Of a DNA stretch of 64,000 bases, positions 29,522 through 38,724 are shown piece after piece (position 1 is the first letter of the stretch; each line of letters opens with the position of its first letter). The notes under the pieces are model-generated. The model was not told where the DNA came from, did no database searches, and was given only the letters and a program-made list of their open reading frames with translations. Origin of the DNA: Candidatus Thorarchaeota archaeon (GTDB taxonomy: Archaea > Asgardarchaeota > Thorarchaeia > Thorarchaeales > Thorarchaeaceae); contig JAWOEX010000039.1 in NCBI GenBank assembly GCA_046482545.1, positions 64,001 through 128,000 of the forward strand. Reading direction: 5' to 3'. Position numbers and translations under genes: made by a program.

Positions 29522-29744
29522 AGATTTCTTCCCTTCTGAGAGTACCTTTGATTTTCCCAAGATTGGGTGGGGCATCAATTCGTTCTAGAATCCGATTAGT
29601 AGCTTGAGTAGATTTTAGAACAATCAACTTTACACCATCACCTGTTAGATGGAACCGAATAACATCACCATCTCTCAACCTGAGTTTTTCACGAATCTCT
29701 CTCGGAACGTAGATTTTGTCCTTGTAGTACCTCGTCTCGTTCAT
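29505..29744 (-). CDS. vapB: AbrB/MazE/SpoVT-family antitoxin
   Basis: KIYVPREIREKLRLRDGDVIRF; overlaps vapC by 17 nt; GAGGT SD upstream of the ATG at 29744. Confidence 0.88.
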   Translation of the reverse strand: MNETRYYKDKIYVPREIREKLRLRDGDVIRFHLTGDGVKLIVLKSTQATNRILERIDAPPNLGKIKGTLRREEIYEDVA

Positions 29745-29756
29745 TTCAACCTCACG

Positions 29757-29778
29757 ATTACCCAATGTATTGGGTAAT
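29757..29778. promoter_or_regulatory. Perfect inverted repeat, likely vapBC autoregulatory operator
   Basis: ATTACCCAAT-gt-ATTGGGTAAT, 12 nt upstream of the antitoxin start and next to a TATA-like AAAAGGTTATTA. Confidence 0.7.
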
Positions 29779-29966
29779 AATAACCTTTTGCAAGGGAATA
29801 GATAGATTACTAATTGCCCTAGAAATCAGAATAAGCAGAGTTAACCAGTAGGGCATATGCTAACAGATAGGCAAAGTAAATGCTCGCCAATAGCCTATTT
29901 CATAAGTATGAGAATCAAAGTACAAATGAGTTAGAGTGAGTTCCTTCTAATTCAATGGTGGACTAC

Positions 29967-30374
29967 ATGAAGCCCAGCAGATCTAACAGGTACAAACAGA
30001 GAATTGCCTGTATCCTTAATTGTCCTGATGAAATTGAGAGCGCCATGCCATAACCAGAAGGCATTGTGTTGAAGGGTATATACTATGACCTCAGTTCCGC
30101 AATTGACGCGGTAATGGATATAATTGCCATACTTTGCAAAGATTTAGGAACTATGCCAAGGGGAGATTACGAGAATATCGAGAACTTACAAACGAGAGAC
30201 ATTCTCAGTGCTGATTTGGTAGAAAGGTTAGCAAATTGCAATGGACTAAGGAATGTCCTAGTTCATCAATACAATGGAATAGATGAGAACTTGGTACTTG
30301 AATCAACACAACCCGTTGAAAGAGATTTGAGAGAATTTGTAAAGGTGGTGGAAGAACATATTACCAAACATTGA
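29967..30374 (+). pseudogene. hepT: HepT (DUF86/HEPN) RNase toxin interrupted by an in-frame TAA
   Basis: ATG 29967 is in frame with the 30066 ORF; TAA at 30051-30053; RNVLVHQY HEPN motif. Confidence 0.75.
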
Positions 30375-30726
30375 TGAAATTCGAGATGATTTTAGATTCC
30401 TATCAGACAAAGAAGTTGTGCTTTTCGGCTCCTACGTAAATGGAGAAACAGGACCTCGTTCTGACATTGATGTAGCAATTATTACGCGTTCACATGACCG
30501 AGAAGAAATGATGCAGATAAGAATAGAAGCGGCTGGAAAAGCCCCGGAGTATTATGATATTCAGGTCTTTGAAGCTCTTCCACTAATCTTGAAAAGCGCA
30601 ATAATCGAGAATTTCGAAGTCCTGTTTGGTAATCCGCTCGAAATTGGAATGCATTTCTATCATGTCCGGAAAATCTGGGAGGATTATCGTCACCGAATAG
30701 AGATTCCTACGATAGAAGAGATTTGA
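30358..30726 (+). CDS. mntA: MntA minimal nucleotidyltransferase antitoxin (start possibly degenerate)
   Basis: VLFGSY..G...PRSDIDVAI. Frame is open from ATA 30358 (LPNIDEIRDDFRFL); first canonical start is GTG 30418. Confidence 0.8.
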   Translation: MLPNIDEIRDDFRFLSDKEVVLFGSYVNGETGPRSDIDVAIITRSHDREEMMQIRIEAAGKAPEYYDIQVFEALPLILKSAIIENFEVLFGNPLEIGMHFYHVRKIWEDYRHRIEIPTIEEI

Positions 30727-30805
30727 AGAGGAGTAGCCGAGAGTTAAACGCTACGGAAGCAAGACGAAACAGAGATACTTGTTCCTTTTTTCGATAAAGC
30801 GTCAA

Positions 30806-30838
30806 AGAAAGTAGAGGGGGCTAATGGTAACCCCCTAT
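30806..30838 (-). terminator. Hairpin + pyrimidine tract after tldE
   Basis: Minus strand AGGGGGUUA-cca-UUAGCCCCCU then CUACUUUCUUU. Confidence 0.5.
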
Positions 30839-30860
30839 GGACCACTGTTTGAATTCTGCA

Positions 30861-32240
30861 CTATTTGGTTGCGGCGCTTAGTTTACAGTCTTCGATTCTC
30901 ATTGATGGAATGAAGGTCGGAGTATCGACTTCCCACCAGTACACCTGCCTACGATCATTGCCAAGAGCAGATATGTTTGAGAACATCCTCAGAAGATTAT
31001 CGCTGATTCTCAGATTCTTGATAGGCTTCATGGCCCCGTTCTTGATGAGGAACATTGCATCGCGTGGGATACTAGAGAACTCACTGCTCTGGTAGTTCTG
31101 GAAGCGAGTGTACCAATTGCTGGTCACGTATATCGCAGGATCGTTGTCCTCTACCAGCTCTTCAAAAGTGTGATCACCATTGTCGAAGACTATGTTCGTG
31201 GGTGCTGGAAGGAGCATCTTCGTTCCGCGTCCCATCGACACCGCATCGGAATTGCCCGTAGATTCCGTCTCATACATGCGAGCTGTACTTGTATTATGTA
31301 TGAACTTCTTCAGCACACCATCCTCAATAAGCGGGGTTTGCTGTGTGGCAGTACCTTCCATATCGAACGCCTTGCTTGCTACACCCCCTTCAACGTGAGG
31401 AGCATCACGAATACTCACAGTCTCAGGAGCAATCTGTTCGCCCATTTTGTCTCCCAGTGGGGACATCCCAATTAGTACAAAGAAGGGATTAGCTGAAGCA
31501 GGAATGTAACCCATCAAATTTGCTGCTACCGTCGGACTGAGTATGAGATCGTAGGTTCCGGGTTCTCCTTGTTCGGCACCTTCAGCCATTTTTGAAAGAC
31601 GCCCTGCCTTTTCTCCAGCGTTCACAAAGTCTTCCTCCGCCTCAGATGGTAACGTTCCGCATGCTAGACCCTGTCCTGAGTAGTCAAGCTCATCTTGGAA
31701 TGCGCGGATATTGAAATCATACTGAGTCCGCTTGTCGTTCGCCTCGGGTCCAAAGCTAGATCTTAAGAAAATGGATTCCTTAGAAAACTTCAGAGCCCCA
31801 GCCACCCGTTTGGCTCCTTTTGCAAGAGCAGCATCAATTGCTGCATTGACGTACTGCGGAGCTTCTTCGGTGAATTCGTCTATATGGGGGTCATAGCAGC
31901 CAGATAGCTCAGTATATTGTTGAGGGGTATCTTCAACACCAGCGAAAAACTTCGATTCAGGCAGCCTCTTTATGAATGAAATCGCATTATCTATCGCCTC
32001 TTTGACCTCTGCTTCACCAGTAACAGACCTGTCGGTGAAACCTGTTTTGCCACCGTCCACTATAAGGAAGAGGTCAAGCTTCAGCTCCTCCCAGCGCTTG
32101 CTGATGTCAATGGCGTTCTGTGAAAAGCGAATCTGTGAACCCGTAGACACAGTGCCCCTTGCTAGAATGCCTTCTGTTTTGTCTTCGGCATAATCAACAG
32201 CAACATCAACATATTCCTTCAGTCGTTCTACATCTTCCAT
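30861..32240 (-). CDS. tldE: TldE/PmbA family protein
   Basis: QIRFSQNAI, AFDMEG, LIEDGVL, STGN, KNLRISDN; no HExxGH; coupled to tldD. Confidence 0.9.
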   Translation of the reverse strand: MEDVERLKEYVDVAVDYAEDKTEGILARGTVSTGSQIRFSQNAIDISKRWEELKLDLFLIVDGGKTGFTDRSVTGEAEVKEAIDNAISFIKRLPESKFFAGVEDTPQQYTELSGCYDPHIDEFTEEAPQYVNAAIDAALAKGAKRVAGALKFSKESIFLRSSFGPEANDKRTQYDFNIRAFQDELDYSGQGLACGTLPSEAEEDFVNAGEKAGRLSKMAEGAEQGEPGTYDLILSPTVAANLMGYIPASANPFFVLIGMSPLGDKMGEQIAPETVSIRDAPHVEGGVASKAFDMEGTATQQTPLIEDGVLKKFIHNTSTARMYETESTGNSDAVSMGRGTKMLLPAPTNIVFDNGDHTFEELVEDNDPAIYVTSNWYTRFQNYQSSEFSSIPRDAMFLIKNGAMKPIKNLRISDNLLRMFSNISALGNDRRQVYWWEVDTPTFIPSMRIEDCKLSAATK

Positions 32241-33682
32241 TAGGCAACACCTCCAAGTCGGATATCCCTGAATCGGACTTGCCCGCCTCCAGCATATACA
32301 GGCACACCTTGCATGGGATCACCCTTACCGCATGTGGCGGGAAATTCTAAGCTGAACTGGTCAGAAACAGCATCTACCGAACTAAGTAGCCCAACACTGG
32401 TAGTTTCTAGAACGGGACGTTTCACCATCGTATCGGTGAGTTCTCCCTCTCGTATGAGATACGCTTCAGAACCTTTGTACTTGCTCTGATAACGCCGGTC
32501 GTCAATATTCCATTCAGCGAAACTACGCATGTATACACCTAGGTCGATGTCTTCTATAAGCTCATCAAATGAGTAGTCGCCAGGCTCAAAGAATGTGTTA
32601 CTCATTCGGATGATTGGCTCACGGTTAAACCCAGAACATCGTGCGGCTCCATTTGAACCCATCCCGAATTTGACACCAAACTCTCTATTCAGAAGTGGCT
32701 CATTCGCTATTCCATCTTTGATAAGTTCACGCTTGCGGGCCTCTACTCCCTCATCATCATAAAGATAGTAGCCGCCAGTTTTGGGAATTGTTGGGTCTTC
32801 CGATACATTCACAACTTCAGAACCGACCCTAGATTGACCAATATTTAAGTCTCGCCAAAAGCTTTCACCTGCCTGTGCGCCTTCCCGCCCCATGATTCGA
32901 TCCCCTTCGCTTGGATGACCTACATTCTCGTGGGCAATAATCCCGGCCACTTCAGGACCAACCACCATATCGATTTCTTGTTCCATAAGTTCGGGAATTT
33001 TCTTTGCTTCTTCTGCAGCCTTCTTGAGCCTATCCACTTTATCCTTCAAATCATCAATGAGATTTGCCTCCTGAATGCGTTCCCAGCCGCCACATTGCGT
33101 AAGATCGAAAAACTTCTGCTCAGTGCCTACCTTGGCCTTTGCTGTAAGTATGGTAAAAATAGTGATGAAACTCTTGAATGCAGTAATTTCACAGCCCTCG
33201 CTAGTCGCCAAGTACTTGTCATACTCAGTAGGCGACAAAATCAAAGTATATTTAGCCAATCCCTTCATCTGCTCGTTGAGCTCGTCACACACTTGCATGA
33301 TAGTGTCATTATCAACATCGGCGACTCGCTGGTCAACATCTACGCTCCATTTGGCTTTCGTATCTACTGGCTCGCCAAAATTAATAGGTTCCTTACGCTC
33401 TGCATTCTTTCCCATTTTGTAAGCGGCTTCAATAGCCTCTTTGGCTAGGTCCTCGTCCATTCGGTCAAAAGAGGCAAATCCCATTCCGCCATCCGCCAGA
33501 ATCCGAACACCGATTCCCTCTGAAGGTTGAAATCCCCCAGCCATCGGTTCTCCATTTCTATAAGCGAAACCTCGCGACCGCTGATTGATATAGCGAGCTT
33601 CAACATAACTGCAGCCCAGTTCAGTGCCGTAATCTACACAGAACTCAGCCATATCCTTTCCATTCTTCAAGGTGATTTCCAC
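32240..33682 (-). CDS. tldD: TldD metalloprotease subunit
   Basis: AHENVGHPSEGDR, YDDEGV, IIRMSNT, CGKGDPMQ. Confidence 0.93.
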   Translation of the reverse strand: MEITLKNGKDMAEFCVDYGTELGCSYVEARYINQRSRGFAYRNGEPMAGGFQPSEGIGVRILADGGMGFASFDRMDEDLAKEAIEAAYKMGKNAERKEPINFGEPVDTKAKWSVDVDQRVADVDNDTIMQVCDELNEQMKGLAKYTLILSPTEYDKYLATSEGCEITAFKSFITIFTILTAKAKVGTEQKFFDLTQCGGWERIQEANLIDDLKDKVDRLKKAAEEAKKIPELMEQEIDMVVGPEVAGIIAHENVGHPSEGDRIMGREGAQAGESFWRDLNIGQSRVGSEVVNVSEDPTIPKTGGYYLYDDEGVEARKRELIKDGIANEPLLNREFGVKFGMGSNGAARCSGFNREPIIRMSNTFFEPGDYSFDELIEDIDLGVYMRSFAEWNIDDRRYQSKYKGSEAYLIREGELTDTMVKRPVLETTSVGLLSSVDAVSDQFSLEFPATCGKGDPMQGVPVYAGGGQVRFRDIRLGGVA

Positions 33683-33972
33683 ACAGCTTCAAGCAGGGTC
33701 ACAGAAAATAAAGACTCCGCATAACGCCACTCCTGCCGTACATGCAATGCGCTTTTCACTTGCTGAGTGTTGAAATGCCAGATTTCAGCATAGGGAGCTT
33801 TTGATGTGGATTCTCCTACTAGAATTCGGGTATCTTGTATTTCTTATTTTAATGGGAACTGCCAAAGAGCGCAACCTTAAAGGCCCAGCAGACTTCTAGC
33901 AAGTTCAAATACGTATCATACTACAGTCTTGAGTACGAACAGTTCAATCTCTATTGTTCCGAGTGGTTTACA

Positions 33973-35313
33973 GTGGAAGAAAAGGAAAACGCGTCAAAGA
34001 TTCGTACACGAAAGAACATAGCAATTGGCATGTTTATGATTGTTGATCTCGTTCAAATCATATTTGTTTCAATTCTCACATTCGATGAACAATCTCCCCT
34101 TGTGATTGGACTTGACTATACTCGTTCAAATCCATATAGCTCCTTATCGGTATTCACCGCCATTTGCTTAGCCCAAATTGTGCTGCTCTACTTGTTTACA
34201 GCCAGTATCACCAATAAAAAAGAAATCATCCAGCTCTATCCGAAGGGGGACAAAAAGCGACAATTGGCTTGTAACTATACTCGTAGAGAGATTGTCGAAT
34301 GGACCCAAGAATTGGCTCAGAAAGGCGCCCTAAAGGTTGATAGGATATTTTTGATGCAATCGCCCATGCCAAATGCATTTACGTTCAGTTTGCCTCTTAT
34401 TGGCAACACAATTATCCTCCATAGTAATACTCTTGACTTCTTGTTACCAAGCGAAGTCAAATCCATCATCGGTCATGAATTAGGTCATATCAAAAACAAT
34501 GACTCGCTAGTTAACATCCTAACCCATATGCCGGGATTTTTTGTGCAACTCATCTATCTCTATGTGTACCTCCGCATAGGCCTAGGAGCAGCTACATCGT
34601 TCATAGTAGATTTCAACCCGTTATTTGGAATCCTGAGAATTACAGTTCTTGCCGGTTTCTTTCTTCTATCGAGATTCATGGTAAACGTGAGCAATCTTTT
34701 CACTCAAAAAGCGTCAAGAGATGCAGAGCTTTTGGCGGATTTCTATTCTGCAGAGTTAACAGGACTCAATCAAACAATGAATGCTCTTGTTCGGCTGGGA
34801 CAAAGAGTAGAGGCAATCACCATATTCGTTGAGGAGCTCAAGTGGTTGGATTCTCTAAGTGATGAGAAGCGCTGTAAATTTACGGGAAACCAGCTGATGG
34901 ACATGGTTTTCTCATATCCATTGGATGAGATTGATGAAGCGAATGCCAGAGCAGAAGCGCCTAGGATTTACCTCACTAGGAAACTGCAGAATCTCAGGAA
35001 AAACTACAACTTGAAGATCTCAGATGAGGAAATAGAAGCAGCTGTTGACCCCGCGGTAGAATCCCTTAACATGGAAAGGGAGACGAAAGAGAAACTAGAG
35101 AATCTTAAAGAGAAGACTGTGGACTGGAGGGATGTGGACTACGACCGGAATGAGCGACTTGATGACGAGGAGCTGGTTGATTTAGTGAACCTGCTTCGGA
35201 CGAACTCGAATAAGCTCATGTTCACAAACGAAGTCGGAGCAAAGCTTCTCATGATTGACCATCCAGATTTCAGAGGGCGAATTTTGATGCTTGCAAATCA
35301 TTTTGACCTATGA
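33973..35313 (+). CDS. M48 (HtpX/Ste24-like) membrane zinc protease with C-terminal insertion
   Basis: PNAFT, GHELGHIKNND, SRDAELLAD, terminal DHPDFRGRI. Confidence 0.9.
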   Translation: MEEKENASKIRTRKNIAIGMFMIVDLVQIIFVSILTFDEQSPLVIGLDYTRSNPYSSLSVFTAICLAQIVLLYLFTASITNKKEIIQLYPKGDKKRQLACNYTRREIVEWTQELAQKGALKVDRIFLMQSPMPNAFTFSLPLIGNTIILHSNTLDFLLPSEVKSIIGHELGHIKNNDSLVNILTHMPGFFVQLIYLYVYLRIGLGAATSFIVDFNPLFGILRITVLAGFFLLSRFMVNVSNLFTQKASRDAELLADFYSAELTGLNQTMNALVRLGQRVEAITIFVEELKWLDSLSDEKRCKFTGNQLMDMVFSYPLDEIDEANARAEAPRIYLTRKLQNLRKNYNLKISDEEIEAAVDPAVESLNMERETKEKLENLKEKTVDWRDVDYDRNERLDDEELVDLVNLLRTNSNKLMFTNEVGAKLLMIDHPDFRGRILMLANHFDL

Positions 35314-35370
35314 TACCGGTAATCAGTAATGTGTTCGCTATTGATTGGAGTGAGATCGCTTCGAAAAAAG

Positions 35371-35595
35371 TCATCTCATCAATTTCGTGAATGCTTCAAG
35401 CTCATCACACGGGGCAACGATTCGCGGAGTAACTTCATTGATGATTCATTTAGTATCATTTCGAACTTCCTGCTTATCTTCGGAAAAGTTGTCGAATATC
35501 GAGGTTCCGTCATAATCCACAAGAAGCTAGGTGTAGGCAATAGGTTCCATTTTCTTATTGTTCTTAGCGACAAGAAGGCTAACTTGGAACACCAT
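35371..35595 (-). pseudogene. Possible decayed small ORF with two in-frame stops
   Basis: MVFQVSLLVAKNNKKMEPIAYT*LLVDYDGTSIFDNFSEDKQEVRNDTK*IINEVTPRIVAPCDELEAFTKLMR* reads protein-like; no family recognised. Confidence 0.25.
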
Positions 35596-35708
35596 TTCTA
35601 AGGAATCGATAAGCAGAGACAAATATTAGATATGCTATCCACAAAGGCTGAAGAGATAGATATGAAAAGCATTACTTGTACCTATATTGAATGGAGGTTC
35701 TTTAAAGA

Positions 35709-36545
35709 ATGAAATGGCCGGCTAAAAAGAAGTGTGCTGTTTGTCTTACTTTTGACCTTGACGCAGAGATTTCTTGGCGCAACATTCTCAGACGCCATGG
35801 AATAGATAGAGATAATCCCGTAGTGCTTTCTCAAGGGACATATGGTCCGGAGGCAGGGGTTCCCAGAATCTTAAGAATGCTAGAGAAAAACAATATCAAA
35901 GCAGGTTTCTTCGTCCCCGGCGAAGTTGCTGAACGCCATCCTCAGACTGTTATTGATATTCATAATTCCGGGCATGAGATAGGACACCACGGATATTCCC
36001 ATACGAACCCGGCAAGCTGTTCACTCGAGGAGGAGATGGAAGAATTCGAACTGGGATTCACTATACTTGCAGAGATAATCAGTGACCGACCACAGGGTTA
36101 TCGTGCGCCCGCAGCTGATATGAGTGAGAACACCCTTAGTCTTCTTGCAGATAACAACCTGATTTATGATAGTACAATGATGGGACAAGATTTGCCGTAC
36201 ATCATCGAAGTTGATGATCGACGGATTGTTGAATTACCAATTCGCTGGCTTCTTGATGACTGGGTACATTTTGGTTTCAACTACTTCCCACCGCTAGAAT
36301 ATCAGAGTGGAGTTAGCAGTTCAAGAAGGGTATTCGAAATGTGGCTTGACGAATTCGAAGCCGTATACGATGAAGGGCTCTATTACATGCTCGTTATGCA
36401 CCCACAAATAATGGGTGTTCCCTCAAGAACGGCTATGCTTGACAAACTCATAACTGAGATGAAATGCAAAGGCGATGTTTGGTTCGCTACTCCACTGGAA
36501 ATCACAGAACATTGCCTACAAACGTTGGAGGTGGAAGCCAAATGA
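35709..36545 (+). CDS. Polysaccharide deacetylase family (PuuE/HpPgdA-like CE4) amidohydrolase
   Basis: LTFDLDAE, GHEIGHHGYSH, GYRAP, YDST, LDDW, MHPQ. Confidence 0.92.
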   Translation: MKWPAKKKCAVCLTFDLDAEISWRNILRRHGIDRDNPVVLSQGTYGPEAGVPRILRMLEKNNIKAGFFVPGEVAERHPQTVIDIHNSGHEIGHHGYSHTNPASCSLEEEMEEFELGFTILAEIISDRPQGYRAPAADMSENTLSLLADNNLIYDSTMMGQDLPYIIEVDDRRIVELPIRWLLDDWVHFGFNYFPPLEYQSGVSSSRRVFEMWLDEFEAVYDEGLYYMLVMHPQIMGVPSRTAMLDKLITEMKCKGDVWFATPLEITEHCLQTLEVEAK

Positions 36546-37297
36546 GATTTGAGGGGAAGACCTCAATTGTCACTGGTGCAAGTAGGGGAATCGGACGGGA
36601 AACATCTTTGCGATTTGGCAAGGAGGCGGCAACAGTAGTCTGTGCTGATATTGATGAGGCAGCAGGAAGAGAAGTAGCGGATCAAATTACTCAAGATGGT
36701 GGCAATGCAGTTTTCGTAAAGGCAGATGTTTCTCAGAAATCAGATGTTGTGCAGCTTGTTAAGAGAGCGATGGAACTGGGCTCTCCAGATATACTATTCA
36801 ACAATGCAGGGATTGAGGTTGTAAAGCCCCTGCAGGATACCACAGAAGACGAATGGGATAGAACAATGAGAGTGAATTTGAAGTCAGTTTATCTCTGCTG
36901 CAAATACGTTATTCCGAAAATGATTGAAGCAGAGGGTGGTGCGATAGTCAATACTTCATCAGCTGCAGGACTAGTTGGCTCTTTTTCCTCGGCTTACTCT
37001 GCCACGAAAGGAGGCATCATTGCATTAACAAAATCAATGGCTGTAGAACTCGCTAGGTATGGCATCCGTGTCAACTGTATTTGCCCTGGAGCTATTGAAA
37101 CTTCAATGCTTGAAAGAGTCATGAATAAACAAGGAGACTACGAGAAGATTCGTGAGAAAAGGTTGAAAAATTATCCTTTGGGAAGATTCGGAAAACCACG
37201 AGAAGTTGCTGATGCAGTTCTGTTTCTTGCATCTGATGAGGCTTCATTCATCACTGGCTCTGTCTTGACAGTAGACGGCGGATTCACTGCTCACTAG
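36542..37297 (+). CDS. Short-chain dehydrogenase/reductase
   Basis: TGASRGIG, NNAG, YSATK, PLGRFG, VDGG; ATGA overlap with the upstream gene. Confidence 0.95.
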   Translation: MRFEGKTSIVTGASRGIGRETSLRFGKEAATVVCADIDEAAGREVADQITQDGGNAVFVKADVSQKSDVVQLVKRAMELGSPDILFNNAGIEVVKPLQDTTEDEWDRTMRVNLKSVYLCCKYVIPKMIEAEGGAIVNTSSAAGLVGSFSSAYSATKGGIIALTKSMAVELARYGIRVNCICPGAIETSMLERVMNKQGDYEKIREKRLKNYPLGRFGKPREVADAVLFLASDEASFITGSVLTVDGGFTAH

Positions 37298-37367
37298 AAG
37301 GCGTACCAATTCTGCAGATTCGAATCCGAACCGGTGCTGAGCGATACTAGGAGCAGGCGAGCAGAGT

Positions 37368-38675
37368 CTACGAGGAAACTTGCCCACACCATTCAAGAGT
37401 AGTAGCGGCAACAGCCTTTGCCGTATCAATGAGGGAATCAATGTGGACTACTTCGTCAAACGAATGAATCCTTTCAGCCCTTGGACCACAAGTCACGGCT
37501 GGTATGCCGTGGTGAACAAAGTGCCGGGTGTCTAGCCCGGCAGAACCCCCATATAACACCGGCTTAGAACCCGTGACTGACTCCACTTCGTTCTTGATGA
37601 CTTCAAGAAACGAATCTGACAGATCTATTTCATGAGGACGGGCCCACCAACCGAACCATTCAACGGTGGGTGGATTCTTTTTCAGCCATTCGTCTTGTTG
37701 GGCGGCATTCTGAATCGCGTTTTCAACCTGTTCCATGACTTCTCCTCTTGTTTCACCTGGAGGCCAACCAATACGGTATTCAAGAACACAGTTGCCCGGT
37801 ACAGTAGATGGCCAATCGCCTGCAGAAATAACTCCCAGATTGATGGTTGTTGCATGATCTTTCATTTTGGGATCGACTTCAGCAAATGAATAGTGAATTG
37901 TTCTCTGGCGTTCTTGATTGAGTTGGGCTAAAGCCTGAATTACATGAATAGCCTTCTCAGCAGCATTAACACCGTAATGGGCTGTGGCTGCATGAGCTGG
38001 TCTCCCGGGAACAGTCACTCTGAAGTACATCACACCAGCACTGGCAACCGAGATGGACAAGTCGGTTGGTTCGGGAATAATTGCCGCGTCAGTTGGTGGT
38101 CGTACCATTCTGAGATAGAGAACTCCACCAATACCACCGTCTTCTTCTTCAATAGTGGTTTCAATCTGTACATCTCCCGCCAGCTTCACATCGCACTTCT
38201 GAAGAGCTTTTAGCGCATGAATCATAGCTGCTACACCACCTTTCATGTCACCCGATCCGCGTCCGTAGACTCCGCCATCATCAACCTCACCAGACCAAGG
38301 ATCACGGGACCATTTCTCTAGAGGTTCTACTGGAACTACATCGATATGACCACTCAGGCACATCGATTTTCCTTCGCCCGTACCTTCCCAAACGCCAACA
38401 ACATTTGGTCTATCCTCGTATTCATACTCTTTGAAAGAAGTGGTCTCGAAGTAGTCTTCATGCTCACGCAAATCCTCGATATCGGGATAGACCATCTCGG
38501 GGAAGAGGCCCATTTGCTCAAATTCCTGCTGAACCCGCACCTGAACATCATACTCTTTACCAGATACACTAGGAATCCGAACAAGGTCCTGTAGCAGGTT
38601 TACTAGGTCTGCTTCATTCTCATCTATCCAATCGAATACTTTCTGCTTGGTTGTTCCGTCATTCTCTTCGTTCAT
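37368..38675 (-). CDS. M20 ArgE/DapE-family deacylase
   Basis: SGHIDVVP, GRGSGDMKGG, IEEEDGG, IHSFDE. Confidence 0.93.
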   Translation of the reverse strand: MNEENDGTTKQKVFDWIDENEADLVNLLQDLVRIPSVSGKEYDVQVRVQQEFEQMGLFPEMVYPDIEDLREHEDYFETTSFKEYEYEDRPNVVGVWEGTGEGKSMCLSGHIDVVPVEPLEKWSRDPWSGEVDDGGVYGRGSGDMKGGVAAMIHALKALQKCDVKLAGDVQIETTIEEEDGGIGGVLYLRMVRPPTDAAIIPEPTDLSISVASAGVMYFRVTVPGRPAHAATAHYGVNAAEKAIHVIQALAQLNQERQRTIHYSFAEVDPKMKDHATTINLGVISAGDWPSTVPGNCVLEYRIGWPPGETRGEVMEQVENAIQNAAQQDEWLKKNPPTVEWFGWWARPHEIDLSDSFLEVIKNEVESVTGSKPVLYGGSAGLDTRHFVHHGIPAVTCGPRAERIHSFDEVVHIDSLIDTAKAVAATTLEWCGQVSS

Positions 38676-38724
38676 TTCTATTCACTGTTCCTTTCGCCAA
38701 AATCCTAATGCCGAATTTCCGTCG

